In this document: in pieces, positions 1-13,366 of the stretch | Numbering within the stretch: the stretch's first letter is position 1 | Layout of the letters: each line of letters begins with the position of its first letter | Assembly: GCA_001938485.1 (NCBI GenBank) | Contig: MQRK01218487.1 | Coordinates: 25,671 to 76,677, forward strand | DNA length: 51,007 bases | Source: Girardia tigrina | Lineage: Eukaryota | Reading direction: 5' to 3' | Made by a program: the position numbers and the translations under genes | Notes under the pieces: model-generated | Told to the model about the DNA's origin: nothing | Seen by the model: only the letters and a program-made list of their open reading frames with translations | Databases searched by the model: none

Positions 1-157
1 TCATTCGTAAGAGTAGCTTCTGCCATGTCTACCAGCAAAAATAAAATTATGTAATTATAACACACAAAAAGATATGGTGTCTATATTACGTGTTCTCAAA
101 TAGCTGCCGCACCCTTTAAGTATCAAAAAGACAAAGAAGTATATCCAAAATCATTTT

Positions 158-1021
158 ATGCAACCAGATTTAGCGAAAGAGGTGCAAATCGTTATAGGAG
201 AATGTCAGGAATGTATACGCAGAAAAATTCCAAGTGGAAAAACAAAAGAGAAGTTGATTCCAATAAGAAGTGTGGAGTGTTTAGAGCAAGTCGTGATGGA
301 TATCGCATATGTGGGTGACAAGAATAGCATGTACCCATATCTATTGGTCATAGTGGACCAGTTTTCGAAATTGGTCTCTTTGACAGAGATTAGAACTCAA
401 AACGAAGACACCATAGTTTAATGTGTGTTGATAAAATGGATATATAGATATGGGAAGCCAAAAACAATATTAGCAGACAATGAAAAATGTTTTACTGGCG
501 GAAAATTTAAAGATTTTTGCAGGAAATATGGAATCGAACAAAGATTTAGTAGCCCATTTCAACATCAATCAAACGGGTTGGCAGAAAGAACTATTCGAAT
601 AATGAGAGACATGATAGTAAGAAGCAGAGGAGACACATACAAACGACCATGGGGGCAAATTGTTCCGAAGATAGAATTCTGTCTAAATGCAACAGTTCAG
701 AGTACGACCGGATATTTGCCCTTCGAAGATGTGTTTGGTAGAAAAATAAACTTACATGAGGCAGCAGAAATAGCTAAAACGGAAGAGAGCAACGTGATCA
801 AGATGAAGGTAAGAGAAAATTTAGAGAAAGCGGCAAGACGAATGGAAAATTGGGAGAGAGAGAAGAGAACAAATCGACATTTCGAGGATGGCCAGATAGT
901 CTTTGTAAAACAAGATCCTACAAAACTGAGAAAGAACACTTTCCCATTCGATGGACCTTGTAAAAATAATGGATACTCTGGTTTGGACCGATCCACTATT
1001 TTTACAAAAAAAGCAAATTAA
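158..1021 (+). pseudogene. Ty3/Gypsy LTR-retrotransposon integrase, disrupted
   Basis: The two ORFs are in frame and separated by a single TAA (419-421). Motifs: Zn-finger CQEC, core VVMDI..LLVIVDQFSK, RYGKPKTILADN, SPFQHQSNGLAERTIR, and a GPY/F-like FDGP. Confidence 0.93.
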
Positions 1022-1459
1022 TAATAACAATGTTGAAACCAGATTAATCCAAAAGTTAGGACTACAGTTGGTTTAATCTGGTCTTTGGTATTATCAAAAA
1101 AATAAACTATAATCAAAAAAAATTAAACAAGAACGCTTATAATTTCCAATAAAGTATACATACAGAATCTTGAAAAATCATCGGTAAGTAAAAATAATTT
1201 AATTTTTAATTGTCGTCGTCAATCGATTCCATTATTGCTTTTTTAGTAATATTACATAACCTTTATTGTTATATTATCTCATTTATATATATAAATCACA
1301 TTTCATGACACACATAAAATATCTATAACACCACAATCTTAACTGGAATGGAACAAAGCAAAACTTTAGACCAAATGTTTTGACTTGATAATTTTGTTTT
1401 CATCATGAAACAGAACTGTCGTCATTAAGACTATCGGTTTCCATAGATTGATCGGGGTA

Positions 1460-2360
1460 CTATTCACTTGTTGTGCTTATTAATGACGGAGAAAAAATAG
1501 AATCGAAACGGGAATCACAGGATCCGTACACGATTTCACTGACTGACCATTTTTCATAATCATTGAATTGATCAAATCTGATTTTGGGTAAAGATTCTGT
1601 CCAGATATTTTGAATCAGAGAGTTTATAAGGAGCACCGATCTTAATCGTTCTACGTCGAGGTAGACAGAAAAATTCTTAACAATGTAGGATAAGTGTTCG
1701 AAAAAATTTGATATAAATTTCAACTTTCGGCTAAAAATGATTTTCCATATATGAGATAATTTTGTCCCTTTGACATAGTAAAAAAATGGAAAGTCTATAA
1801 TGAATCGCGAATACATGTACTTTTTCACGTAATTTTCATCAAGATCTGGATGAGGCTGGAAACCGTTAACAAGTAATTTACAGAACTTTAGTAGTACTCC
1901 TCCTCAGATTTGGTCTGGGGAAACCAGAACTATAAGTCTATTATATAAATGCTGTAGAGCTTCTTTAATGGAACGCTATGTAGATTCTATCACTACTGTT
2001 AGATAAATACTTTCATTTATAAGATTGCTGCGCTTATTAATAAAATGAAGAGCTGGATCTAGTTTGATCATTTTGGCAAGAACCGACAATCTTACCGATA
2101 GGAAATTCCGTGCTCGAAATGAATCTCAATTTTTTTTCAAATCGGCCTTCGATTCATGAAAACTCCAAAATAAATAAAATACAACCGCAAACCAGCCGCA
2201 CATCACGCACAAGAATGCATATGTACAACTACCACTTCAACAAAACAAGATCTTGTACAAAAAACGAAAGAGAGATAACATCATCCTTACACAAAACACA
2301 CGGAAGTAGGGTATCACAGACCGTACCAAATTTTAAGACATATATCGCCACACCAATTGG
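1460..2360 (-). repeat. Decayed unknown ORF preceded on the - strand by a TG-rich tract; probable fragment of a large unclassified mobile element
   Basis: 122-aa ORF 1460-1828 with coding-like broken sequence up to ~2170. CA-rich tract at 2180-2360 on +. Same layout as 25590-26780. No domain recognised. Confidence 0.35.
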
Positions 2361-2749
2361 AACTACAGAATTTGAAAGATGGAAACATAATTCGTTGAAG
2401 AATTGAATGGATTCAGAAAGTAAATAACGAATTATAAAAAAGAGGAAAGTTATGATTATTATTTGTTTAAGTATTCTAAAAAGATTGTAAATAATTAATA
2501 AATTCTACTTGTTGATATTATGAATCCTGAAGTGCAACCTAGAGATTTAACTCTGCCATTTAATGACAAAATCGATTTTGCTACAACCACTCACGATCGG
2601 ACGAGCAGACAATGTCTTCTTCCCCAGTAGCTGGATTCTTTAAATACTACACCCAGTCATCAACACCGGCATTTCCTTCATGTCTGCCGCGTGAAAGAAT
2701 TTGTGTTGGATTGCGTTTGGATCCATCCTAAAGCCACACTGTCCTACTT

Positions 2750-3100
2750 CTGCCTCAAAAAGCACCAGTAGCTTCTAAAGCATGCAATGAGAGCCTCTGT
2801 GTTACTGTATTATGGACCAATCATGAATCTCGTTCGTACACAGTACTATTCATCGAGAATAAGCTTCCATGTGGTACTGCTTAAAGTTCACTACAGACAT
2901 CTTTGCCCCTTAAGTCACATATCATGCCGCTGATTTTGATCTGCTGTCTCTAATGAACAGTTATCTCATATCAAGGCCCGGTTGATCGATCCGCAAAAAG
3001 CGATGATGGGATTTCACAAAAATTAAGATACTCTTCCGGCACTCCAAACTTACCTAATCTCTCCAGAATACACTTCTTGATTTCACGGACGTTCTCACAT
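2750..3100 (-). pseudogene. Highly decayed second Gypsy-like integrase fragment
   Basis: Minus-strand translation ILERLGKFGVPEEYL..ADR resembles the integrase 'rFGvP..l.sDrG' motif; many stops and frameshifts. Confidence 0.35.
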
Positions 3101-3109
3101 TCTTTTCCA

Positions 3110-4601
3110 CTTCTGCAGCCATTTCCTCTATTCTTCTTTGAATTGTGTTATCAGAAAGAGAAATCATCTTCTTTACATACTTTACTTTATATAGCTTGAG
3201 AGTCCAGAATTTCAGTTGCAACTTCAATAAGACACGGTTTTATTAAGTTTTCAGCATCTATGAATGCTTTTTTTACATTTTGCTATGTTCAAAGCAACAT
3301 AGAACGATGCCTTCAGAAGAGATTTATCAGCAGTCTTTGCTTTCATCAAAGATCTTGACTGATTATCCAAATCTTTACGGAGTCGTTCAAAAAGTGACAG
3401 TGGTTTCATTTTAAGACCTAGGTGCTTCGTATTCATATGTCAACCAAGCTTTCATGGCTTCATGGCATCATTGGATATCATCTTAGAACAAATGAAGCAA
3501 AGTGGTCAAGGTAAAATTTCATTTTCTAATATCATAATGAAACCAAACTTCAGGTACTCCTTATCATAATGTCAAACAAAACTTTGTCTTAGCTTCTTTC
3601 TTGTATGAATTTCACTACTATAATTGTCTGATTGCTTTGTCACCTGAACATCAGAAGCCAATAAACTCGACACACATTCAGCACTTGTATCAGTACTACG
3701 TAATTTTTCTTGACGAAGCCCGCGCTTCAAAAAGCTTTCAATCTTTTGCTGTTTCATTTTGTATCACTTTCAACCCCTAGATTTGGAAATGTAAAAATAA
3801 ACAATTTAAATTCTAAATTAATTACACTGATTCAAACAATTATCAATAAAACTTATAAATTTTATAATTATAGAGTTTTCATTTTAAATTGAGAATTTTT
3901 CATAGTAAAATATGGTATTTTCATTTTAAATTGATACTTTTGAATTTGAATTGATTTTTTATTTTGAAACTATTCTTTTTTACTTTCACTTGAGATTTAT
4001 TATTTTGAAATGATTTTTTATTGAAAAGATTTTTCTATTTTGAACTGAATTATTGTCTTCAGTTATAATTTGGCCAAATTTATATTTTGATTTTGTCAGG
4101 AATATTTTGAATGTTTGATGTTTTGTGTTTGAATGTGTATGTTGATTTGGAATTGGGTCTCTCCTACCCAGATGGATGAATAATATTTGAATTCTTATTA
4201 TCTAAAAATATGTTAGGTTTAAATTTATTTTTAATTTCAAAAAATTTTAAATAAGTTAATTAATTTTTACAATTTTTAATAAATAAATCAAATTAATATT
4301 TTTTTAAATAATTAATAACCATTTTAATTATTATCCAATAAGTTTTTAGTAAATATTTTTTTAAAATATTTGTTTCTCTATTTGCTCAAAAAATAATAAG
4401 AATTAATTCATTAATCAATTTAGTTTAGAATTCAAACGTACGAAAGTTTTGACAAAGATTGTCTTAAGGACAATCAAAGTTGTTGTTTAAATTGAAATAT
4501 GAAGTCAAATTGGTGTTCTATATATATTTAAAGTTTAAATTGTCAAAAATAATTTTAAAGAATAAAGAAGTTTTACACGGACCGGCGGTTGAAGACCACT
4601 A
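3110..4601 (-). mobile_element. hAT Buster/Charlie-type transposon, 5' half (transposase N-terminus 3757 to ~3110)
   Basis: Translation YDKEYLKFGF..PLCFICSKMISNDAMKP..HMNTKH..LKASFYVALNIAK..AENLIKPC..SLSDNTIQRRIEEMA (ZBED5/FAM200-type). Terminus TAGTGGTCTTCAACC..CCGGTCCGTG on - (ends at 4601), flanked by tctTAgaa, which matches the Buster nnnTAnnn target. Confidence 0.9.
4100..4560 (+). repeat. Unclassified repeat family A, copy 1 (nested in the Buster 5' region)
   Basis: TG-rich tract, then TGTATGTTGATTT..TCTCC..CCAGATGGA (4136-4176), then AT-rich sequence and the ATTGTC..AGGACAAT motif shared with 6900-7350. Confidence 0.7.
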
Positions 4602-5879
4602 TCTTAGAAAACCTTATTTTGCCACGATAGCTTCTCAAAAACAAACGCGACACGAATACGAAATAAGAAAATTACCACAAAACCGGAAAAAATCGATTTA
4701 AAAAACTTGTGATTTACATAAAATATTTTTGTAAATTTCATTTTTTCTGAAATAAAGTATTTAAATTCTATTCTAAAATTTGAGTTTTTTTGATTTGGAA
4801 ATTAATTAAGAATAAGATTGACCCTTCGAGAACGAATGTCCAAAGGATGAGCAATAATTAATAATGACATTTGTTACAAAGGGTTTGAGTTTCAAGGATT
4901 ACTTTAATTCAGTAAATTTCAATCATATGAATCGATTTGAATTTATTTTTTTTCTTTATATTTATTTAATTATTTTACCACGTTTTTTGCTTCACATGAT
5001 AAATTTCATTTATTTGTTAAATTTATTTCTAAAATTTGCATCAAAAAATTGTTTTTTCTTTTAAGTTTTTTTTCTCTTTTTTTTCGGATGTTTAATAAAT
5101 AAATACATATTTTCATTCATTTAGTTTCTTATATTATATTTTTTTATTCATATAATATAATAAATTAAAAATTATAAAATTTAATTGGAAAGTTTTTTAA
5201 ATTATGAGTTATAATTATTTAAACTAGCAATTACTTAATTTTTTAATTAAGTTTTTTAGGGTTTTATTTTGAATAAGTTTTTTTAGTCTTATTTTTTTAT
5301 AATACGCGATAAACAGTTAAGGGCTTAATAAAAAAATAGATTTGATTATAAGCTAACAAATTTTTTTTTATTTATTTAATCTCTTTTTATTAATTATTAT
5401 TATAATTTTTTTATAAAAAATATTTTTTTATTATATTTTTCTATTAAAATAAATTCAATTATAATGGAATTTTACAAAAATTATTTTATTTTTAATTAGT
5501 GACTTAAGTAATTTTGACATAAATGACAGAACAAAAAGACGAAGTAATAAATTAAGATAATTTGGTAATAAATATAATAAATATAATACAAAAAATTCAT
5601 TTTTTATTTTTCTTTTATAAATAGAGCAAAAGTAGAAGAGGTTTAAAGAAAAACGTCAAAATTTGTAATAGTTGCAAATTGAATCCGATGTTAAATAACG
5701 AATGTTATTTGAATGACTTTTTGGAATGATAATTGAAATTATAAATATTATAAATATTATAAAAAAATTTAATAGCTTATGTACTTTTATATATTTTTTA
5801 TAATTTTACCACAAGTTTTTAAAAACGTTTTTGCCATTTTTTTAAAAATTATTTTAATTTTTTTTAATTTTGTAATTAA

Positions 5880-6420
5880 TTTAATTAAAAACTTAATTAT
5901 AAAGCAATCAATTTCTTCCTAATTATTAAGAACATTTAAATAAGTCTCTTTTAAATCTTTATTGCAATTACATTTAGAGTCATTAAGACGCTCAGAAGAC
6001 GCTCGTTTGCCATCGTTTTAATGGGTTTTCTTATTTCTGTTTTTAATCATGATTATTCGAACAATTTTTCTGTTATTTTTTTAAAATATTTAACCTCTAA
6101 AAATATTAATTAAAAATATTAATTTTTACCATTTTTAAATAAAAGCCAAAATAATAAAAATGACATCAAATTATTAAAAAATGCATTTAATTTAAATTTT
6201 ACTAAAAATTATTAAACTTAATTTTAATTCTGAAATTAAAGATATGAACTTATAAAATGATTATTTTAATTATGTTCGAATAGTCAATCACTTTGAACTT
6301 AATAAAAAATACCAATTTCCATCTGGGGGGAGAATCACCATTCTAAATTCAACATACTTAAATCAACATACAGCATCCATACATTTACACATTCAAACAA
6401 TTTAAAATATTTTTCACACT
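5880..6420 (-). repeat. Unclassified repeat family A, copy 2
   Basis: Reverse complement aligns along its length with 29302-29333 plus 29868-30340 (e.g. tatggatgctgtatgttgatttaagtatgttgaatttagaatggtgattctcc and aacgatggcaaacga). Confidence 0.9.
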
Positions 6421-6899
6421 AATGTTTAAATATTTTACGAAATTTTTATAATTTTTCGTTTACTGTGACTACTTCAGCATTTGGAAAATAATGATTAATT
6501 AGAATTTTAAAAATTTAGCCATAATAAACGATTAATAAAAAAAGATTGGAATACAAAATTATATAATAATTACCCACCGTTTATGTTTTTATAAGAACAA
6601 AACCAAAGCTACTACAATTTCAAGTATTAAAATTTCTTTTGAAATTTACGAAAGAAATATCACTAAACCGCTATTAATAAATATAGGATATATTTCTTAA
6701 ATCTGCAGAGGGAGACATTCAATCTTATTAAAGTGTTCTCAATTGAGAATTATTATAATAAAATTCATGACGCATCAAATAGTATCAACTTGACAATTTC
6801 TATTATTACCAATAAATGTTCATGTAAGTTTGATATGTAAAATTTAAGTAAACAATAGCACTATGCTTACAATAGCATTTATATTTTAATTTCATGGTT

Positions 6900-7350
6900 A
6901 ACATTGAATATTATCAAAAGTAATTTTGAATTATCAGTATTAAGAACACTAATTGGATTTTCAATACAATTATTGATATCTCAATTTGAATTGTCTTTAG
7001 GACAATTCTCCACAAAACTTTTGTAACTAGTCATCGTTATGGATTGATAAATTTAATTCTAATTCTAAACGTCTTATTATTCAAACAAATTTAAATTACA
7101 ATTTAATTTACAATTCGATTGCAAAATAATTTATAATTTAAATTACAAAGTAATTTAAATTATTGTATAAAAAATATTTTAACTACATTATTTATGATAT
7201 ATTAATTTAATTTTAAAGTTTGTAACTTAAATTCTAAAATTGATTAAATTATCTGACGTTATAAAATATTTTAACATCGATCTTTCATCTCGGTGGAAGA
7301 AACACAATCCTAAAGCAACATACAATAAGCAACATTAAAAAATATTCTTT
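6900..7350 (-). repeat. Unclassified repeat family A, copy 3
   Basis: Reverse complement reads tgtatgttgctttaggattgtgtttcttccaccgagatga; attgtctttaggacaat at ~6991 matches ~4458. Confidence 0.65.
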
Positions 7351-8075
7351 ACAATCAGTTGGAATAACTTTATTTTGTGGCATTTGATTACTGTTAGATG
7401 TTCTTCCAACATCCTCAGAATTACAATTAAAAATAAATTCCGACATAAAATCCAAATTTTGTCATATTACAGCGTTTTCAAAATCAATGATTAACACTAA
7501 TATTTAAACAAACAACTTTTTTGAGAAACAATATTTTTATAAATCATAAATCGGTATAAATAAAAAGCTCATATTATTAATATTTTATTTTATTTTAATT
7601 TTATAAATTTTGCCTGAAATAATGTATACTAATTTTAAATTAAGAAAACATTATCGAATACTTAATCATTTCTTGAAATTTTATTAATTTAAAAATCTTT
7701 ATTATCCTTATCTAATAATTAATCAAAAAATTAAAATAAAATAATTAATAAAATTTTATAATTTTAAATTACATAAACACTAACAATTCAATAAATTCGT
7801 CAAATTTTATTAATTAAAAAATATCTTATATCATCAAATAATTATATATTTTATAAATTTTCTACATTTTAATTGGAATATTTAAATTAACATTCTTTCA
7901 AAAAATTTTTAATATCATTTCTGAATTCAAAACTGTATAATTGTAAAACGCTACATTAGATATTGGTTTAGTAGATCTACCTACTAATTTTATAAGTTAA
8001 TTCAGTTATTATTTTTTAATAGATATAATTTATTATTATTGTTAATAATAAAATTATTATCTCTTATTTATTTAG

Positions 8076-8231
8076 AGGATCATCATTATTTACTCGATTC
8101 GAATCACTGAATATCTTTGACAAATATGTAAAATCTGTTTTAAAGTGGCAACATTCGCCTTATATTCAAACTCCACCAGATCCATCCATTGTCAACCAAA
8201 CTGGTCATCATCTTTCGGATATGCTTAAAAT
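8076..8231 (+). CDS. Internal exon of a DEG/ENaC (ASIC-like) channel gene
   Basis: tttag| acceptor, |gtatgg donor, 156 nt, phase 2-2. Encodes GSSLFTRF..IVNQTGHHLSDMLK. Joined to 33634 it gives GHHLSDMLKICRIGTTRC, the DEG/ENaC GH.l.DMl..C....C motif. Confidence 0.88.
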
Positions 8232-8499
8232 GTATGGTAATAAGATCTATATCGGTTCTGTTTGTTCATATTAATGTGTTTAAAACTTTAAATATTAATA
8301 AATCATTTTAATAGTGATATCTACAGAAATATATATTATTATATCTTTAGAATATATTTGTAAAAGCATTGTTTTAAGAAATCAACATCGGATATATTTC
8401 GATCACAATATTTGATCATCTTCAGTAATTTTATTTGTGTTGTAATATATTTTTACTTTTATTATTATTTTTTAATTTAATTGTAATAATTTATTTAAT

Positions 8500-8980
8500 T
8501 TTTATAATTGTAAAGAATATTTAGTGTGTTGATGTTTTTGTGTAGTGTTTGCATGTTTGAATGTTGTATGTTGATTTGGGATTGTGCCTCTCCTAATCAG
8601 ATGGATGATCAATATTTTAATTCTGATAATCTGAAAGTAATTAAGTCAAATTAAGATTTAATATTCGAATTTTTAATTTTTATTATTGTAAATTTTAAAT
8701 AATTTATTAATTTTATTTGTAAACTTTTAAATAATTAAAATCAAATTAATGTTACAAAAAGATTATAAAAAGTAATTTTATTTTAGCAAATAAAATTTAA
8801 ATTAAATATTTAAAATAAAATAATGTTCTTCAAGTTAGTTCAGATTGTAAGGAGGAGTATTAAAACATTGAGTGATGGATTTAAGTGAGAGCAATACTAT
8901 TGATCATCATAGAGATGATCAAAATTGTGAATGTAATAAATGTTCTCTCAAACGTGTGAGTTCTCTTAACAATAATGTTT
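8500..8980 (+). repeat. Unclassified repeat family A, copy 4
   Basis: TG-rich tract, then tgtatgttgatttgggattgtgcctctcctaatcagatgga (8566-8606), an AT-rich spacer, and an ATG-initiated remnant MDLSESNTIDHHRDDQNCECNKC. Confidence 0.7.
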
Positions 8981-9372
8981 ATCGAAACTATTTTTAAGAA
9001 AAATAATATCAAAGTTCAATTTTATTAGTTAATATTTTAATTAATATTTAAATATATTTAATATTGAGACTGCTCGACTTTTCCTATTTTGGATGTTAAT
9101 CAACGGGTTATAGATTGTTCTTAGCAACTAGAAAAAGACCCGTCATATATGACGGAAGAGCTGAATTTTCTTCTTTGAAAGTTTCTGTTTTAATTTTAAA
9201 ATCATAATTTTTAAATATATTAATATCTTATATTAATATATTATAATAATATATTATAAATGCTAATTTTAGGCTTGTAATTTCATATTAGCCGGAGTTA
9301 TTATGCATTTATTAAAAAATTANNNNNNNNNNNNNNNNNNNNNNNNNNNNNNNNNNNNNNNNNNNNNNNNNN

Positions 9373-9415
<43 letters not shown>
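9373..9415. repeat. (TA)n microsatellite abutting an assembly gap
   Basis: Directly visible. Similar TA runs occur at ~9520, 27702-27746, ~42375 and ~45991. Confidence 0.98.
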
Positions 9416-9418
<3 letters not shown>

Positions 9419-9629
9419 TACTAGTTGGCTACTACACACCGCAAATATTGTTAAGATGGATGAATCGATTTAAAAGATGAATCCTCTATTCTTCAGAAAA
9501 ATTTTACTTATGTATATGTATATATATATATATATATATAAATATTATTTATATATAGAAATATTTATTAAATATATATATATATGGAATATTAATTATT
9601 ATTGATTTAATCAATAATCAGAATTAAAT

Positions 9630-10300
9630 AATTGGATGGTTGGAATTTTCAGTACGTTGTTTGAAAAATCGACCAGAACATGAAATGACGTCATAATTAT
9701 CGTGGCACAACATTCCCGATGTCCATCGTAATCCACGTGACAATGAGAAGAAATTACATGCGACAACAACAATTATTCGGATGTATGAAGTTATGAAATC
9801 CTAGTAATACAACTTTAAAAAAAGAAGTCAAAGAATTAATTAGTAATTGCCAACAACAGAACATGAGGTGACATCAAACACAAAATAATATAATTCAATT
9901 GTTCATGTTCAATGCTTAAGTATTCTGGTTCAGTTGAAGTCCGCTGATTTTCGTCGCATTTGAAAAATCTACAAACCGATTTCTCCATTGTTTATCTGTG
10001 ACGCATCCAACCGGATTCATTTTGTTCGAGTTTTGTGGTTAAGTCGGTATTGGAAATTCATCTCACATGGCACTGTAGCCGAAGAATTTCCATCAAACTA
10101 TCGGCACCTAAACCTGCTTGCATTGCGAGTTCACCCGACTAATGTTTAGTAACAGACTAAACAGGGAAATCAGCATTTGTATAATGAATTCCATGTGACA
10201 ATTTCGGCAACACTCATTCGTACTTGAACAGAAAAATACTTATTGACATTGAATGATTTGACGATTAATTGTATTCATAACAATCTGATATCAATTGTGT
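9630..10300 (-). pseudogene. Very decayed mariner-like transposase remnant
   Basis: Raised GC. Minus-strand fragments loosely resemble the LGY...WVPxxLT and downstream mariner blocks; no clean catalytic motif. Confidence 0.3.
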
Positions 10301-11819
10301 TATTAATAAACATTATTCATCACCGTATTTAATTATTTTAGAAAGTTAAAGGAAGAAGAAATGATATTTGTTTTCACTTCCAATACGTACTGATATAGAA
10401 CCTTACTCAATTTATTCGACTGTGAACGCTCACTAATCCGTGTTTTGAAATGACGTTACATTTACATTTGACGTTTACATTTACATGACGTTAAATTTAC
10501 ATCTGTCTAATGTAATAGTTTTTATATGTCAATTAAATTTGAACACAAGATTATTCTTCACTAAATTATCATTTTGAGATTTCACTGTAAGGTAATTTCT
10601 TACTTTAGATGTTACGCCACTATTTTTACATTATCCTACTGTCTTAAAATTGCAGATTTCACGAGTTACGGCTACCCCTGTAAGCCTTTTTTTAAGTAGT
10701 GTAACAAAATAATTAAAATAGTCATCTTGTCAGTAATTCTACATGAATATAATATATTAAACTAACAATAAAAAACAATTATATAACAAAAATATATAAA
10801 ACTATCCAAGATCTTCAATATATATTTTTTATTTATATTTTTTTATTGAAAGTTAAATTAGATGTTTGAGTAATTTCAACACCAGAAACATTTTATGTTT
10901 CTTTCAGTTTGTCATATTTCGATATTTGTAGTAGCTGAGATCATTATTTATGACATTGAGAGAAACCTTTTATCCTTACCGAAATTTATTTTACTAATTT
11001 TAATGACTTATAACTTAAACCAACATAAATAAGTATTCTTGGTGCAATGGTTAAGGAGGGTCAGAATTGGAAAGCTTTTTTGGCAGATTTATTCATCATT
11101 CTTGCTTTTTTTTGCAATCCTATGAATAATTATCTTTGGAGCGTAGATGAGAAAGATAACAGCAACAGGATTTATAATGTCAAGAAGCAGTTGATTCACA
11201 AGGGAGACATTAAATGTTCTTCATGCGGATAAAACCTTAGATGATTGTTACAGCATCGAAATCGAAGCTGTGATGTTTTGATCATTCCAATTTTATGTCG
11301 CTTTTCAATCTTTTCAATGCAAAATTGACTTGTTCTCTCTTAAACGAAAACTGTCAAATTTAACTTGATAATTTGTAATAAATTTTTGGGAATCTGATTA
11401 AATTAATTTAAATGTCAATTAATATCCAGAAAATTTAATAATTAAATTAAAGTGACTCAATAAAATTTTTTATGTGTATTAAGTCTTGTAAATTATAATT
11501 TGATATTTTTGAAAAATAATTTGTTACGCAAAATGTTTCGGAGTTGGTTCTTCATCATAAGTAATTATAATTTAATTTGTAAAATATGTTTTTCAATACG
11601 ATCAATGGGTAATATTGAGCTGAATTATACAGAAAACAATAGATAGAGTCAATACACTCTAAATTGTTTGCCGGTATTCCAATTTTGAAATCTCATATTA
11701 TGGTCTAAATATTTCTAGTTGACGCTTGAGGGACAAACAAACATACATAAACAAATAGTTAGATCACACATTAACGTTACATTGGACAAATTATGTACAC
11801 AAAGATGGGTTAAAAAAGG

Positions 11820-13030
11820 ACAAGAAAAGAAAACTTTGAGGAGCACAAACAAATAACCAAAATACTATCTTCTACAGTATGCAAATTGATGGAATTCCAC
11901 TGGATTTTCCGTTGGCTTCGTTAATGGCTTCAATTTTCTTACAAAATTTGGAGCAAAAATTTAAAAATTTTCCGGTTGAATTATCAATCTTCTATTCCAG
12001 GTATGTTTAATATGTATGTTCTAATATTTAAAAAGAAGGAAAATGTGAATGGTTTTTTAAACTTTATAAACAATTTAATTCCAAACATTAATTTTACTTG
12101 TAAAAATAAAAATAATAATAAAATATCGTTTTTGGATGTCTTGATTGATAAGAAACAGAACAGATTCTTGACAGGGGTCAAAATAAAACCAAAAACACTG
12201 GTATTTACAGCACTCCGAGTAATTTCTGTGACACAAAATATAATAGAAATATGATTAAGGGTCAAGTGCATAAACTGTGGAGTTTAACTTCTTCTCCATA
12301 ATAGACTTCGTAATATTGGTTATAATAAGAAATATTTAAATAACATAATTAAAAATACTGTAGAGTCAATATTATTTAAAATCAATAGACAAAATTAATC
12401 AAAATTTGAATGCAACTGATGAAGAGACTAATTCAAAGAAATTCTATTTAAAAATTCCGTATTCCAAAGGTGATATGTATTATAAACGAATTTTAGAAAA
12501 ACAAGCCCAGTAGGTGTGACAATTAAAATATTTGTTTCTAACTAATAAAATTTCTTATTATTTTTCAAATAAATCTAAAACACAAATTGTATGAAAGCAA
12601 ATTTAGTTTACCAATATAAATGTCACAAGTGTGAATCCTTGTACATTGGAGAGACAAATCGTCACTTCCGTACCAGAATTGCAGAACATACCCAATAAAG
12701 TAGAAAAAGCACAATTTTGAACCACATACTGAAATATCCTGGAACTCAGATGAGGGTATATCATAATGATTTTCGGGTTTTGATTAGTAACTTTGATCAC
12801 AATTATGAAAGGACAATTACTGAAGTACTGTTGATAAAGTTTTGTAAACCTAGTTTAAATGTACAAAGTGATTCGCCCAATCATATTAGAGTATTTTGAT
12901 ATAACACATTGTGATGTAATGGTCATCTTTCTATATAAACAATAACTTTCTAATTAAATACAGAACAGAAGATGCCACAAAAGTGGTCAAATATGTTTTC
13001 CAATAAAAACTTAAAGTTGAAATGGTGTTA
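11820..13030 (+). mobile_element. Penelope-like retroelement, 5'-truncated, decayed RT plus GIY-YIG endonuclease
   Basis: QIDGIPLDFPLASLMASIFLQNLE (PLE 'Q..G.aMGSPLS..lA'), FLNFINNLIPNINFT..ISFLDVLI, NLVYQYKCHKCESLYIGETNRHFRTRIAEH, and E.LLIK..KPSLN. A degenerate hammerhead and AATAAA follow at ~12966-13008. Confidence 0.93.
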
Positions 13031-13366
13031 TTTGAGTTTAATTGCTAACTTACCATTTGATTTAATCATTAATTTTTAAATTGATTAAATTAATTTTTTT
13101 TCTTTAAATAAAATTATTTTTGAAATTAAATTAATTTTTAGATGAATCATTACCAAAATTTTAATATTAGAACTTTAAAATAAAATCTAAAAATCATTTA
13201 AAATAAAAATTTGTTCAAATAATTTTTTATTAAAAAACATTAACAAAACTATCAATTTAGAAAGATGTCAAATTCTGAAAGCTTGGCTGAGAGTTGTTCA
13301 AAAGGATATCCAAATTGTAATGAAAATAAATGTTCGAAAACCCATTTTGGTGTTCTTAATATATAT

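Noticed and set aside
4864-5064. Short F/I/L/K/N-rich ORFs here and at 15848, 29574, 31223 and 33015
   Set aside because: Low-complexity products of AT-rich DNA with no splice or homology support.
5630-5730. piggyBac C-terminal Cys-rich domain (KICNSCKLNPMLNNECY)
   Set aside because: Too short and degenerate, with no adjacent transposase core.
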